A stretch of DNA of 64,000 bases, from positions 1,739-65,738 of the forward strand of contig JAKAIY010000002.1 of assembly GCA_021814145.1 (NCBI GenBank), read 5' to 3'. Both the position numbers and the translations under genes were made by a program. The stretch's first letter is position 1; the number at the start of each line of letters is the position of its first letter. The notes below the pieces were generated by a model. That model was not told the DNA's origin. It worked only from the letters and a program-made list of their open reading frames with translations, and ran no database searches. The DNA is from Chloroflexota bacterium (GTDB lineage Bacteria > Chloroflexota > Ktedonobacteria > Ktedonobacterales > JADMIN01). This document shows, one piece after another, positions 36,900 through 45,864 of this stretch.

Positions 36900-37895
36900 T
36901 TACGCGCCAGTTCCTCGCTGATCAACATACCATGCGCTACCTGGCATACCTTTCGCCACACGCTTTACCTCTGCGGCGATAAGGCTGACCTCGGCGGGCG
37001 AAGTAACAGGACGTCGCTCGTTTGTCACAACCCCGATTGAAAGACTTACCAGTGGATAGCTCTGCCGCTGCCCGCGCCGATCCAGCGCGATCAGCGCGCC
37101 ACGCGCGAGGTCTTCAGCGGAATAAAGCGCGCGGCTTTCGCTATCCCAGCGCGCGATCACCCGCTCACAGAGTGGCGCGACTCGCTCAGGTGTCGTGAGA
37201 ATGATGAAATCATCGCCACCAACATGTCCAACGAAATCGCCGGGAACGCCTAGCTCTCGCGTGGTTTCGGACGCGATGCGCGCAAGGAGGCGGATAAGCT
37301 CGTTGCCACGCAGAAAACCGTAGACATCATTGTATGCCTTGAATGTATCCAGGTCGAGATAGAGGATTGACCAGCATTCACTTGAGGTCAGCCGGTCCTC
37401 GATTATGCGCTCCACGCGCAGTCCTGCAGGTAGGTTGGTTAATGCCGAAAGCTGGCTCTCGCGCGAGTGACGGAGTTGGGCGCCGATGCGCGCCACTAAC
37501 TCTCCCCCATGAAACGGCTTTTTGATATAGTCGTCCACCTTCGACCCGAACGCGCGCAGGATCACATCAGTATCATGCCGGGCGCTGACAACCATTACCG
37601 GAATATGAGCTGTGCGCGCTGACCCGCGAATAGACTCGACAACCTGGAACCCATCCATACCAGGCAACATCAGATCCAGCAGGATCAAGTGCGGGATCTC
37701 ACGCGCAGCTAGCGCGACTCCTTCCTCACCGGTGCTGGCGATAAGGGGGATGTAGCCCTCGATTTCCAGCGTTTCAGCCAGCATGCGCGCGACCCCCGCC
37801 TCGTCCTCGATCACCAGGATGGTCGCGGGCGGCGTTGGGGGCGTGGCGATCTCGATCGCGTCTACCTCAGCCATGAGCGTCTCCTGGCGTGACAA
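36900..37895 (-). CDS. Response regulator with a variant GGDEF-type nucleotide cyclase domain
   Basis: Receiver domain (ILVIEDE, LLDLMLPGMDG, KPF) followed by LDLDTFKAYNDVYGFLRGNELI...HVGGDDFIIL, a GGDEF fold with motif GGDDF. Confidence 0.8.
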   Translation of the reverse strand: MSRQETLMAEVDAIEIATPPTPPATILVIEDEAGVARMLAETLEIEGYIPLIASTGEEGVALAAREIPHLILLDLMLPGMDGFQVVESIRGSARTAHIPVMVVSARHDTDVILRAFGSKVDDYIKKPFHGGELVARIGAQLRHSRESQLSALTNLPAGLRVERIIEDRLTSSECWSILYLDLDTFKAYNDVYGFLRGNELIRLLARIASETTRELGVPGDFVGHVGGDDFIILTTPERVAPLCERVIARWDSESRALYSAEDLARGALIALDRRGQRQSYPLVSLSIGVVTNERRPVTSPAEVSLIAAEVKRVAKGMPGSAWYVDQRGTGA

Positions 37896-38022
37896 GGGAA
37901 GGTCTCAACATAACTTCACACGGGAAATCGCATGCGCTACCCCTATTTACGCACACGCGCGATAGGCGATGGCTGACCCACAAGTACCAGCGCACAGGGT
38001 GACTTTGCGGGCGCGCCAGTTT

Positions 38023-38511
38023 TTATGGACGAGTGAAGGGGCGTTGGTCATCAGCAGTGGAAGTTGTCTGGGCGCGCAGAATCGCCTCGTGTTGACCCAA
38101 CGCCGCGTCAGCGATTCGCTGGCGGTGCTTGGGCAAGATGTCATCGGGTAAATGATCTGGCCGGAACCAGCCGATCTCTGAGATTTCGTCGCTGGTCGCT
38201 GGCTCTTGATCTGTGGCCAGTTTGCAGAGGAATGTCAGCACAACCTCGTTTTTTTGCGGCTTCGAGTAGACCCCCACCAACCGCACGACACGGATTGCGA
38301 CGCCTATCTCCTCCTTCACCTCACGAACCAGCCCGTCATCAACGGTTTCTCCAGCTTCCAGTCCACCGCCCGGCAGATTCCACAGTCCAATATCGCGGCG
38401 TCGCGCCAGCAAATACTCGCCGCCGCGCTCTATCAAAGCCGAGCACGCGACGCGAAATTTCGCGCCGCTTCCATCGCTTGAGGTATTGGATTCGCGCTTT
38501 CTCTTGGGCAT
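38023..38511 (-). CDS. NUDIX hydrolase
   Basis: NUDIX box GGGLEAGETVDDGLVREVKEEIG. The internal ATG at 38511 (MPKRKRES) was chosen because the ORF-track start at 38802 overlaps cysE. Confidence 0.75.
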   Translation of the reverse strand: MPKRKRESNTSSDGSGAKFRVACSALIERGGEYLLARRRDIGLWNLPGGGLEAGETVDDGLVREVKEEIGVAIRVVRLVGVYSKPQKNEVVLTFLCKLATDQEPATSDEISEIGWFRPDHLPDDILPKHRQRIADAALGQHEAILRAQTTSTADDQRPFTRP

Positions 38512-38596
38512 TCGCGCGCCGTCCTTTCCATCGCCCGCTGACAACCGTACAATAAGTCTACCACGCGGCATGGAAGGCGCTACGGCGTTGGCGCGC

Positions 38597-39358
38597 TCAG
38601 ATTTCGTAGTCCAGCGGGAAGTCGCCCTGGTCAGTGAGCTGTGTGTCGAGATCGGCGGAGCCACCGCGCGCCGTATGCATCTTCGCGGGCTGCGCCACCA
38701 CAACGGATCGTGGGGGGATATTTTCCAGCACCAGCGCCATCGCGCCAATTTTACTGTCATGACCAATAGTGACGGGGCCGAGTATTGAGGCGCCGACGCC
38801 AATGGTCACGTTATCCTCAATAGTTGGGTGGCGCTTGGCATGTCCGTCTTCTCGATGCTTCCACCAACCTGTGGCGCCTAGCGTTACCTGGTGATACAGC
38901 ATCACATTGTCGCCAATCTCGGCGGTTTCACCGATCACAACGCCCGCGCCATGATCAATGAAGAACCGCTTTCCTATGCGCGCGCCGGGGTGAATTTCGA
39001 TGCCGCCGGTGAGAATGCGCGCGATCTGCGAGATCAGCCGTGGAATAAACGGCACATGCCAGGTATAGAGCTTATGCGTGACACGATGCGCCAGCAGCGC
39101 ATGTAGCCCCTGATAGGTTAGCACTTCAAACACATTGCGCGCGGCGGGATCCTTCTCGAAAATCACATCAATATCATCGGGCCAGCGCGTACGCTTGCGT
39201 GGCGGCGCCGCTTTTGGCGGTTGTGGCTCACGCGCCGCCTCCATATCCGATAGCTCGGTCGTCTGCGGCTCCGGCGCGCGCTGGGGCACAGCATACAATT
39301 CCGCGGACGCCTTTTGGACAGGTCCACGCTCCTTAGGGATCAACTTTGTCCGCGCCAT
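38597..39358 (-). CDS. cysE: Serine O-acetyltransferase
   Basis: SATase N-domain ([21 protein letters not shown]) and hexapeptide repeats ([34 protein letters not shown]). Confidence 0.85.
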   Translation of the reverse strand: MARTKLIPKERGPVQKASAELYAVPQRAPEPQTTELSDMEAAREPQPPKAAPPRKRTRWPDDIDVIFEKDPAARNVFEVLTYQGLHALLAHRVTHKLYTWHVPFIPRLISQIARILTGGIEIHPGARIGKRFFIDHGAGVVIGETAEIGDNVMLYHQVTLGATGWWKHREDGHAKRHPTIEDNVTIGVGASILGPVTIGHDSKIGAMALVLENIPPRSVVVAQPAKMHTARGGSADLDTQLTDQGDFPLDYEI

Positions 39359-39667
39359 ACTAAAATCTCGCCTTCCGCTCAGCCGCTGCGACTGTGACGA
39401 ACCCCGCTCTATCTAACACAGTTCCGCTGTCACCGTCATTGGTTTCTTTATTGAAGTGTAGTGACAAGATACAGGACACGTCAAGTCGCCCAGTTTTCCA
39501 CAAACCCGCGCTGAAGATCAGGCATAGCTAGGGGATTTTCATAATGGGCGGCGATGCTGGTAGGCTCGCTATAAGCTCCGGGTAGCGATCGCGCGTGACT
39601 TTCCCCCACAGAAAAGGTGCGCATGAAGGGTTTGGCGCGGGATGATATGATAGATTGAGTGTCCAGC

Positions 39668-39711
39668 GTTCTCCGCGCCATGGTCAGTGGCACGGCGGAG
39701 AACCTGTTTTA
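39668..39711 (+). terminator. Terminator-like hairpin with a T tract inside the cysE-efp spacer
   Basis: GTTCTCCGC...GCGGAGAAC stem (39668-39703) followed by CTGTTTTA. A second perfect 10-bp hairpin, GGAGGCGCGC/GCGCGCCTCC, lies at 39722-39752. Confidence 0.35.
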
Positions 39712-39896
39712 TCGAGCGGGCGGAGGCGCGCTGCGCATGACGGCGCGCCTCCATAGGAATACAACCGCCAAGGCACAGCGAGAGCAGATCTCATCAAGCG
39801 ACGCGTTAGCTCGCCTTCGCCAGATGGCTGGAAGGCGGGCTGTGCGCTATACGCGCATTCCCAGACAGGGTGAGCGCGGGGGAGGATCGTACACGT

Positions 39897-40454
39897 ATGA
39901 TTTCCACAGGTGACCTCAAGAAGGGCATATCCATCGAGTTGGACGGCCAGCTATTCCAGATTGTGGACTGGCAGCATATCAAGTTGGGACGAGGCGGCGC
40001 GATTGTCCGCATGAAGCTGCGCAATCTGCGCACAGGCGCGAACGTAGATAGGACGGTAGACGCTGGCGAGCGTTTCCCGCGCGCTTTCCTTGATCACCGT
40101 CCTGTGCAGTATTCCTACAACGACGGCGATACGTACTACTTCATGGACAACGAGACATACGAGACATTCCCCATCAGCGCCAAACTTCTTGGCGACGCCC
40201 GCTTCTACCTGCAGGATGGCATGCAGCTCGAAGTCATCAGTTACAAAGATGAGCCGCTCAGTGTTGAGTTGCCGAATACGGTTGATCTTGAAGTTACGTA
40301 CACCGAGCCAGGATTCAAAGGCGACACCGCCACAGGTGGCACCAAGCCCGCGACTCTGGAGAATGGCGTTACCGTTCAGGTTCCCCTCTTCATCAACATT
40401 GGTGACCGCATCCGCGTCAAAACTGACACTGGCTCCTACGTCGAGCGTGTATAG
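39897..40454 (+). CDS. efp: Elongation factor P
   Basis: Aligns along its full length with EF-P (DLKKGISIELDGQLFQIV, KLGRGGAIVRMKLRNLRTG, YNDGDTYYFMDNETYE). ATG 39897 gives 185 aa. Confidence 0.9.
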   Translation: MISTGDLKKGISIELDGQLFQIVDWQHIKLGRGGAIVRMKLRNLRTGANVDRTVDAGERFPRAFLDHRPVQYSYNDGDTYYFMDNETYETFPISAKLLGDARFYLQDGMQLEVISYKDEPLSVELPNTVDLEVTYTEPGFKGDTATGGTKPATLENGVTVQVPLFINIGDRIRVKTDTGSYVERV

Positions 40455-40491
40455 ACCGCGTTAAACGTCTTCCAAAATGAGGAGAACCATC

Positions 40492-40995
40492 ATGGCGCGT
40501 GAGAAAACCGAGCGATCTGGCGACACGGCGTCCGACACGCCACGCGCCTCACTGAGCGTGGCGGAACTGCGCCAGCTGGTCACGCTGATGAATGGCAGCG
40601 ATATTGAGGAGATTGGCATCGAGGAACCTTCCTCCGGGCTGCGGCTCTCCCTCCGCAAGTCCGCGCCGCTCGCAGCTTCCTCCACTCCCATCGAGGATGA
40701 CCCGCTCGAGTACATCATTGCTGGTGGATCCGTGACAGAATCAACCTCGACCACCATTGAGGTCACTTCACCGCTGGTTGGTCTGTTTCGCGCGAGCATG
40801 AAATCCGGCGCCAGACCACTCTGCTCACTGGGTGATGTCGTGCGTGAAGGCCAGATCATCTGCGCGGTGGAATCGCTTAACGTTCCTAATGAGGTCGAAG
40901 CGCCCGCTGCGGGACGTGTGCTGGCGATCTACGCCACTGATGGCCAACCGGTCGAGTACGGCCAGCCACTGATCACAATCGAGCCGCAGGGCTAG
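40492..40995 (+). CDS. AccB/BCCP homologue lacking the biotinyl-lysine
   Basis: BCCP architecture: an N-terminal L..LV.LM..S.I.EI segment, a Pro/Ala-rich linker, and SPLVGLFRAS. The biotinyl motif reads CAVESLNVPNEVEA where the canonical form is C.VEAMKMMN.IEA. ATG 40492 has GAGGAG upstream. Confidence 0.75.
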   Translation: MAREKTERSGDTASDTPRASLSVAELRQLVTLMNGSDIEEIGIEEPSSGLRLSLRKSAPLAASSTPIEDDPLEYIIAGGSVTESTSTTIEVTSPLVGLFRASMKSGARPLCSLGDVVREGQIICAVESLNVPNEVEAPAAGRVLAIYATDGQPVEYGQPLITIEPQG

Positions 40996-41007
40996 ACGAG
41001 GGCGCCA

Positions 41008-42288
41008 ATGCGCATTGTCGAAGTTGGGTGGCTCACCCGCTACATCAAAGATCTGCTCGCTGAGGATTACACCCTCCAGGATGTCTGGGCGCAGGGCGAA
41101 ATCAGCGGCTACAAGCAGGCCGCGTCGGGACACCGCTACTTCACGCTGAAAGATAGCTCCGCCGCAATCCGCTGCGTGCTCTTCGCTAGTTACCATGTAC
41201 CGCCGGTGCGCGATGGCATGGCCGCTATCGTCCACGGGCGCATGGACTTTTGGGAACAGCGTGGCGATATCCAGTTTTACGTAGACGATGTGCGCGACGC
41301 GGGTGAGGGACTGCTCAATCTGCGATTTGAGGCGCTCAAAGCTCGACTAGAAGCAGATGGGCTATTCGCTCCGGAACGTAAGCGCCCACTGCCAGAACGC
41401 GTTCACACCGTCGGTGTCGTAACGTCGCTCCAGGCCGCCGCCTTGCGCGACATCTTGCGCACCCTGCGGCTACGCTGCCCACTCGTGGAAGTCATCATCG
41501 CGCCTACGCTGGTGCAAGGCGATGGCTCCGCCGGCCAGATCGCCGCCGCAATTGATCTGCTCAACGCACACGGTCAGGCAGACGTCATCATCGTCGCGCG
41601 CGGCGGTGGCTCCATTGAGGAGCTCTGGGCCTTCAATGAGGAGCCGGTAGCCCGCGCCATCGTCCGCTCGCGCGCGCCGGTTATAACGGGCGTGGGTCAT
41701 GAGACTGACTTTACCATCGCGGATTTCGCCGCCGATTACCGCGCTTCCACTCCAACTGCGGCGGCGATAGCCGCTGTTCCTGACGCCTCATTATGGCGCG
41801 CGCAAATCGAGGGAGCGTCTTTCAGGCTCGATGACGCGATTGAGTCACACATCACTGGGCAAGCTGAGCGCCTGCGGACAGCTCAGCGACAGCTCGACCG
41901 CGCAAGCCCTACTCGCGCCATCGAAACAGCGCGCCAGAGAGTGGACGAAGCGTCCGAGGCCCTGGCATTGCGCGCCAGTCACCTGCTCGACCTGCGCGCG
42001 GCGTCACTCCGCTCCAGCGCGCTGCGTCTGCACGCCCTCAGCCCGTTGCTCACTATCGCGCGTGGCTATGCCGTCGTACGGCGAGAGGCGGATGGCGCTC
42101 TGGTTACCAGCGTCGCACAGGTGGCGCCCGGTGACGGACTAAACATTCATCTCACTGACGGTCGCATCGCCGCCATCGCTGGCGCGCGGCTGCCTGACGC
42201 GCCGGATAGCGCGCCAGTGAAGAACGCGCGCGTTGTGCCCCAACCCCCAAGCATGCGTCATCGAGAAGGAAAGCGAGAAGCCTCATGA
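41008..42288 (+). CDS. xseA: Exodeoxyribonuclease VII large subunit
   Basis: N-terminal OB fold (VWAQGEISGYKQAASGHRYFTLKD), a catalytic core (ARGGGSIEELWAFNEE, GHETD) and a coiled-coil C-terminus. Confidence 0.9.
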   Translation: MRIVEVGWLTRYIKDLLAEDYTLQDVWAQGEISGYKQAASGHRYFTLKDSSAAIRCVLFASYHVPPVRDGMAAIVHGRMDFWEQRGDIQFYVDDVRDAGEGLLNLRFEALKARLEADGLFAPERKRPLPERVHTVGVVTSLQAAALRDILRTLRLRCPLVEVIIAPTLVQGDGSAGQIAAAIDLLNAHGQADVIIVARGGGSIEELWAFNEEPVARAIVRSRAPVITGVGHETDFTIADFAADYRASTPTAAAIAAVPDASLWRAQIEGASFRLDDAIESHITGQAERLRTAQRQLDRASPTRAIETARQRVDEASEALALRASHLLDLRAASLRSSALRLHALSPLLTIARGYAVVRREADGALVTSVAQVAPGDGLNIHLTDGRIAAIAGARLPDAPDSAPVKNARVVPQPPSMRHREGKREAS

Positions 42289-42599
42289 GACAGACTGGCG
42301 ATGAAGGCAAACGGCGCGGCAAGCGCGGATCATCGGAAACACCCGATGAACGCCCATTCGAGGAACAACTCGATGAACTGGACGCCATCGTCGCGACACT
42401 CGAGGAAGGCAAGCTCCCGCTCGAAGAGGCGCTGTCACTCTATGAGCAGGGCATGCGACTGGCGCAGTCATGCCAGCGACGACTCGATGAAGCGGAGCTT
42501 CGAGTAAGCCGCTTGCGCGCCGCCGAGGGTCCAGCGGATAATAGCGCAGTGGACAATGACGCGTTCATTCTTGAAGCCATCGAGATTGATGGCGTCTAA
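42285..42599 (+). CDS. xseB: Exodeoxyribonuclease VII small subunit
   Basis: 4-nt overlap with xseA. Carries FEEQLDELDAIVATLEEGKLPLEEALSLYEQGMRLAQSCQ, the XseB helical hairpin. Confidence 0.85.
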   Translation: MRQTGDEGKRRGKRGSSETPDERPFEEQLDELDAIVATLEEGKLPLEEALSLYEQGMRLAQSCQRRLDEAELRVSRLRAAEGPADNSAVDNDAFILEAIEIDGV

Positions 42600-42629
42600 T
42601 ACTGTGGCGATAGTCAAGCCACGGAAATA

Positions 42630-43091
42630 ATGCGAGCAGTAAATATGGGTGCGCAACTGGCGGCATTAGGCGTCAATCGTGAGTTGTGGGCTGCTGTGAC
42701 CGGCTGGCTCATCGCTCAAGCCCTCAAGACACTACTTACCTTGCGAAAAGAACGCAAATTCAATCTTGGTCATCTTGTAGCATCGGGCGGTATGCCCAGT
42801 TCCCATTCGGCGCTCGTCACTGGTCTTGCGACCGCCGTCGCGCGTGTCAACGGGCTCAACTCATCCATCTTCGCCCTCGCGGCGGTCTTCGCGGGGGTGG
42901 TGATGTACGACGCGGCGGGAGTCAGACTGGCGGTCAGCAGGCAGGCGCGCATCCTCAATATGATGCTCGACGACGTATTCCATGAGCGTGGCCTGCGCGA
43001 AGAGCGTCTGCGCGAGTTGATCGGCCACACGCCAATCCAGGTCTTTGCGGGCGCGTTCATCGGCTTCGTCTGTGGTTTCCTTTTCACTTAG
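42630..43091 (+). CDS. Divergent PAP2-family membrane protein (acid phosphatase / vanadium haloperoxidase-related)
   Basis: About 150 aa. Contains GGMPSSHSALV and YDAAGVR, as in the DUF212-type family. Confidence 0.75.
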   Translation: MRAVNMGAQLAALGVNRELWAAVTGWLIAQALKTLLTLRKERKFNLGHLVASGGMPSSHSALVTGLATAVARVNGLNSSIFALAAVFAGVVMYDAAGVRLAVSRQARILNMMLDDVFHERGLREERLRELIGHTPIQVFAGAFIGFVCGFLFT

Positions 43092-43264
43092 ACAGCGCAT
43101 TCTTGCCCAATTCACCACTCGCCGCCCCTCTGTACCATGGTCCTACCCAGCGCCCAAATGTCTTGTGCGACACATCGCGCTTTGCTAAAGTCAGCCCCGT
43201 GCCTTCTCGGGCGCACTGGCGCGCTCCGGATGAGCGACGCCAGTCAGATTAGAGAGAGGATGCG

Positions 43265-44416
43265 ATGGGTCTGGGGAAACCGTATTGGGGCCGATCGAAC
43301 CCTGATCGCGACGAAACCATCTCGACGGGTGTCGCCACACTCGAACGGGATCAGAAGCCTTTGTCGCCAAACGACAGCTATGAGATCCGTCAGCGGCGCC
43401 ACAACGAAGATGACCAGGAACTGGCCGAGTTTCTGGAATTCTTCACCACGATCAGGCCTGAACTGGCCGCGCCGCGTGCGCCACAGGCCCAGCCAGCGCG
43501 CAATCAAAGCCGCCTGGCCCGCGCAACCGAGCAAGTGGGGCGTATGGCGCTCGCCCGCCCCGAAGTCAATTTACCCTGGCTGCCACGCCGCAGAGGCGCG
43601 AAGGGGGCAACGGGCGCGACAGCAGCGACAATTCAGGAGCCTCAGGCGCGACGCCTGAAACTTCCACCAGTCTGGGTTCTCACGAATATCGCGATCGTCG
43701 TGGCGTTGCTCCTTGGCTTCGCGCCGCAAATCATAACCGCCAGCGCTGAGGCAGGCTGCACATGGTACACCGTTCGCCCCGGCGACACTCTCTGGAAGAT
43801 TAGCCATCGCTACGGCAAAACCATCAATGGGATAGCCGCCGCCAACCATATCCAGAACATCAACCTGATCTATGTGGACCAGCGGCTATGCATTCCCATG
43901 ACCCCGATCGCCAGTTCCGCGAGCGTCTATACGCCCACAACCTCGCGTCCCCCTGCGACAAACTCGCCCGGAAACGTCAAAGCGTTCATCAACTTCACCT
44001 TGCCGTACGCTAAACAGGCGAGCAGGCAGACCGGATGGCCGGTCAGCATGATCCTGGCTCAGTGGGGCCTCGAGACCGGCTGGCGTGTCAAGACTTTCAC
44101 GGGTTACAACTGGGGTAACTGTGGAGCCATGCCTGGACAGCCAACAGTTGGCGGCACCAGCGCGCCCGGCTCGCCCGCCGCGTTCGCTTACGCCTACACA
44201 CCCGCCCAGGGTGTCGCCGAATATGTGCATGTCGCCCACCTCAGCTATTACCAAGCTGTCGCGCCAGCTGGGCGCAGTGGTGGGGCGGACGCCGCGGCGC
44301 GCGCTCTTGGCCGCTCACCATGGGACTGGGGGCATTACACAAACCAGAACTCCCCCGGCTCGTCCATTGTCGCGATCATGCAGCGATTCAACCTTTACTG
44401 GTACGATGCCCATTAG
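43265..44416 (+). CDS. LysM-domain peptidoglycan hydrolase (GH73 glucosaminidase-like)
   Basis: One TM helix, a LysM domain (YTVRPGDTLWKISHRYGKTINGIAAANHI) and a glucosaminidase-type core (MILAQWGLETGW). Confidence 0.75.
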   Translation: MGLGKPYWGRSNPDRDETISTGVATLERDQKPLSPNDSYEIRQRRHNEDDQELAEFLEFFTTIRPELAAPRAPQAQPARNQSRLARATEQVGRMALARPEVNLPWLPRRRGAKGATGATAATIQEPQARRLKLPPVWVLTNIAIVVALLLGFAPQIITASAEAGCTWYTVRPGDTLWKISHRYGKTINGIAAANHIQNINLIYVDQRLCIPMTPIASSASVYTPTTSRPPATNSPGNVKAFINFTLPYAKQASRQTGWPVSMILAQWGLETGWRVKTFTGYNWGNCGAMPGQPTVGGTSAPGSPAAFAYAYTPAQGVAEYVHVAHLSYYQAVAPAGRSGGADAAARALGRSPWDWGHYTNQNSPGSSIVAIMQRFNLYWYDAH

Positions 44417-44478
44417 CAAACGATGCTGCCCGCGCGAGAGGGAACGCTCTCGCGCGGGCAGCGCGCTCGCCCGGGGCG

Positions 44479-45762
44479 CTAACGCCAGGGCTTGCCGAGG
44501 AACTCCCGGCCACCCAGCCAGGGACGCAGCGCTTCCGGCACCCGGATTGTTCCATCGCGCTGCTGATGATTCTCCACCAGCGCAATAATCGCCCGTGTCG
44601 AGGCTAGCGCGGTATTGTTCAGCGTATGCGCGTATCGCACCACGCCATCTTCGCCGCGATAACGGATATCAGCACGCCGCGCCTGATAATCATGGAAGTA
44701 CGAATCCGAGTGCGTCTCACGGTAGCGACCCTCCGACGGCACCCAGCACTCGATGTCGTAGCCTTTCACCTTCGCGTCACCCAAATCCGCCACGCACAGG
44801 TTCAGCACCCGGTAGGGCAGTTCCAGCGCCCGTATGATCTCTTCGGCGTTCGCCAGCAACTCCTCATGCCAGCGCACTGACTCTTCGTGATTGGCGGGAC
44901 AGATAACATATTGTTCCACTTTGTAGAACTGGTGCACACGCATGATGCCGCGCGTGTCTTTGCCATAGGTACCCGCTTCTCGCCGGAAGCATGGCGAATA
45001 ACCGACATACTTGATCGGGAGATCGGCTTCACGCAGAATTTCGCCGCTGTGCATTCCAGTGATCGAGACTTCCGCCGTACCAATGAGGTACACTTCATCA
45101 TCCGGCAAGGCGTAGGTCTGCTCTCGCCCGCGCGGGAACTGGCTGTTGCCGATGAAACAATACTCACGCGCCATCGCCGGCACATCCAGCGGCAGAAAGC
45201 CCTTGCGCGATACATGATGCAGGGCGAACTGCATCAACGCAAGCTCCAGGAAGACAGCCTCACCTTTGAGGATATAGCTTCGCGAGCCAGCCACCTTCGC
45301 CGCGCGCTCCAGATCAAGCATGCCCAGTCCCATCAGCAGCGCCACATGGTCCAATGGCTCAAAGTCGAACTGACGCGGCTCGCCAACGCGTTTCACCTCA
45401 ACGTTGTCTTCCTCGCTCTCGCCATCAGGCACACTGGCGTCGGGGATATTGGGCGCCAGCAGGAGCAGTTCCCTTAGGCGAGCCTCCAGATCACGCTCGC
45501 GCGGCTCCAGCGCCTTGAGCTCAGCCGCCACTTCGCGGCCGCGCGCGATGGCCGCCTCGCGCGCCGCCCTGTCTGGCCCGGCCTCGCGAATCGCCTTTGA
45601 GAGGCGGTTCTGCTCAGCCCGCAGGTCTTCCGCCTGGTGGCGAACGGCGCGTAGTTCAGTATCCACCGCGAGTAACGCATCCACATCCACCGCGGTCTTG
45701 CGGCGGCGAGCCACCTCTTTCACCAGGTCTGGGTGCTCGCGAATGAATGCCAGATCAAGCAT
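44479..45762 (-). CDS. serS: Seryl-tRNA synthetase
   Basis: N-terminal coiled-coil arm (MLDLAFIREHPDLV...) and a class II core (FRREAG, TLNNTALA). ATG 45762 has GGAGGG 7 nt upstream. Confidence 0.9.
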   Translation of the reverse strand: MLDLAFIREHPDLVKEVARRRKTAVDVDALLAVDTELRAVRHQAEDLRAEQNRLSKAIREAGPDRAAREAAIARGREVAAELKALEPRERDLEARLRELLLLAPNIPDASVPDGESEEDNVEVKRVGEPRQFDFEPLDHVALLMGLGMLDLERAAKVAGSRSYILKGEAVFLELALMQFALHHVSRKGFLPLDVPAMAREYCFIGNSQFPRGREQTYALPDDEVYLIGTAEVSITGMHSGEILREADLPIKYVGYSPCFRREAGTYGKDTRGIMRVHQFYKVEQYVICPANHEESVRWHEELLANAEEIIRALELPYRVLNLCVADLGDAKVKGYDIECWVPSEGRYRETHSDSYFHDYQARRADIRYRGEDGVVRYAHTLNNTALASTRAIIALVENHQQRDGTIRVPEALRPWLGGREFLGKPWR

Positions 45763-45864
45763 GCGACTACCCTCCATGCCACAGGAGCAAAAGCGTCGCA
45801 TCTATTACGGCGCCTCGACCCCCGTTCATAGACTCTCCGCGCGTTCTCGCATCCAAGAGAGCCC

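Noticed and set aside
38512-38802. An N-terminal 97-aa extension of the NUDIX ORF that overlaps the 3' end of cysE.
   Set aside because: The extension is Trp/Arg-rich, overlaps a well-supported gene by about 200 nt, and precedes a plausible internal ATG. It is treated as a non-coding read-through of the open frame.
39359-39896. An S-box (SAM) or T-box leader for cysE on the minus strand.
   Set aside because: The reverse complement contains no GGAGGGACUGGCCC-type S-box core and no GGUGG.ACC T-box sequence with a terminator.
43092-43264. A c-di-AMP (ydaO-type) riboswitch upstream of the LysM peptidoglycan hydrolase.
   Set aside because: The conserved CCCGAAUCC and AGCUAACCUCGUA-like blocks are absent.
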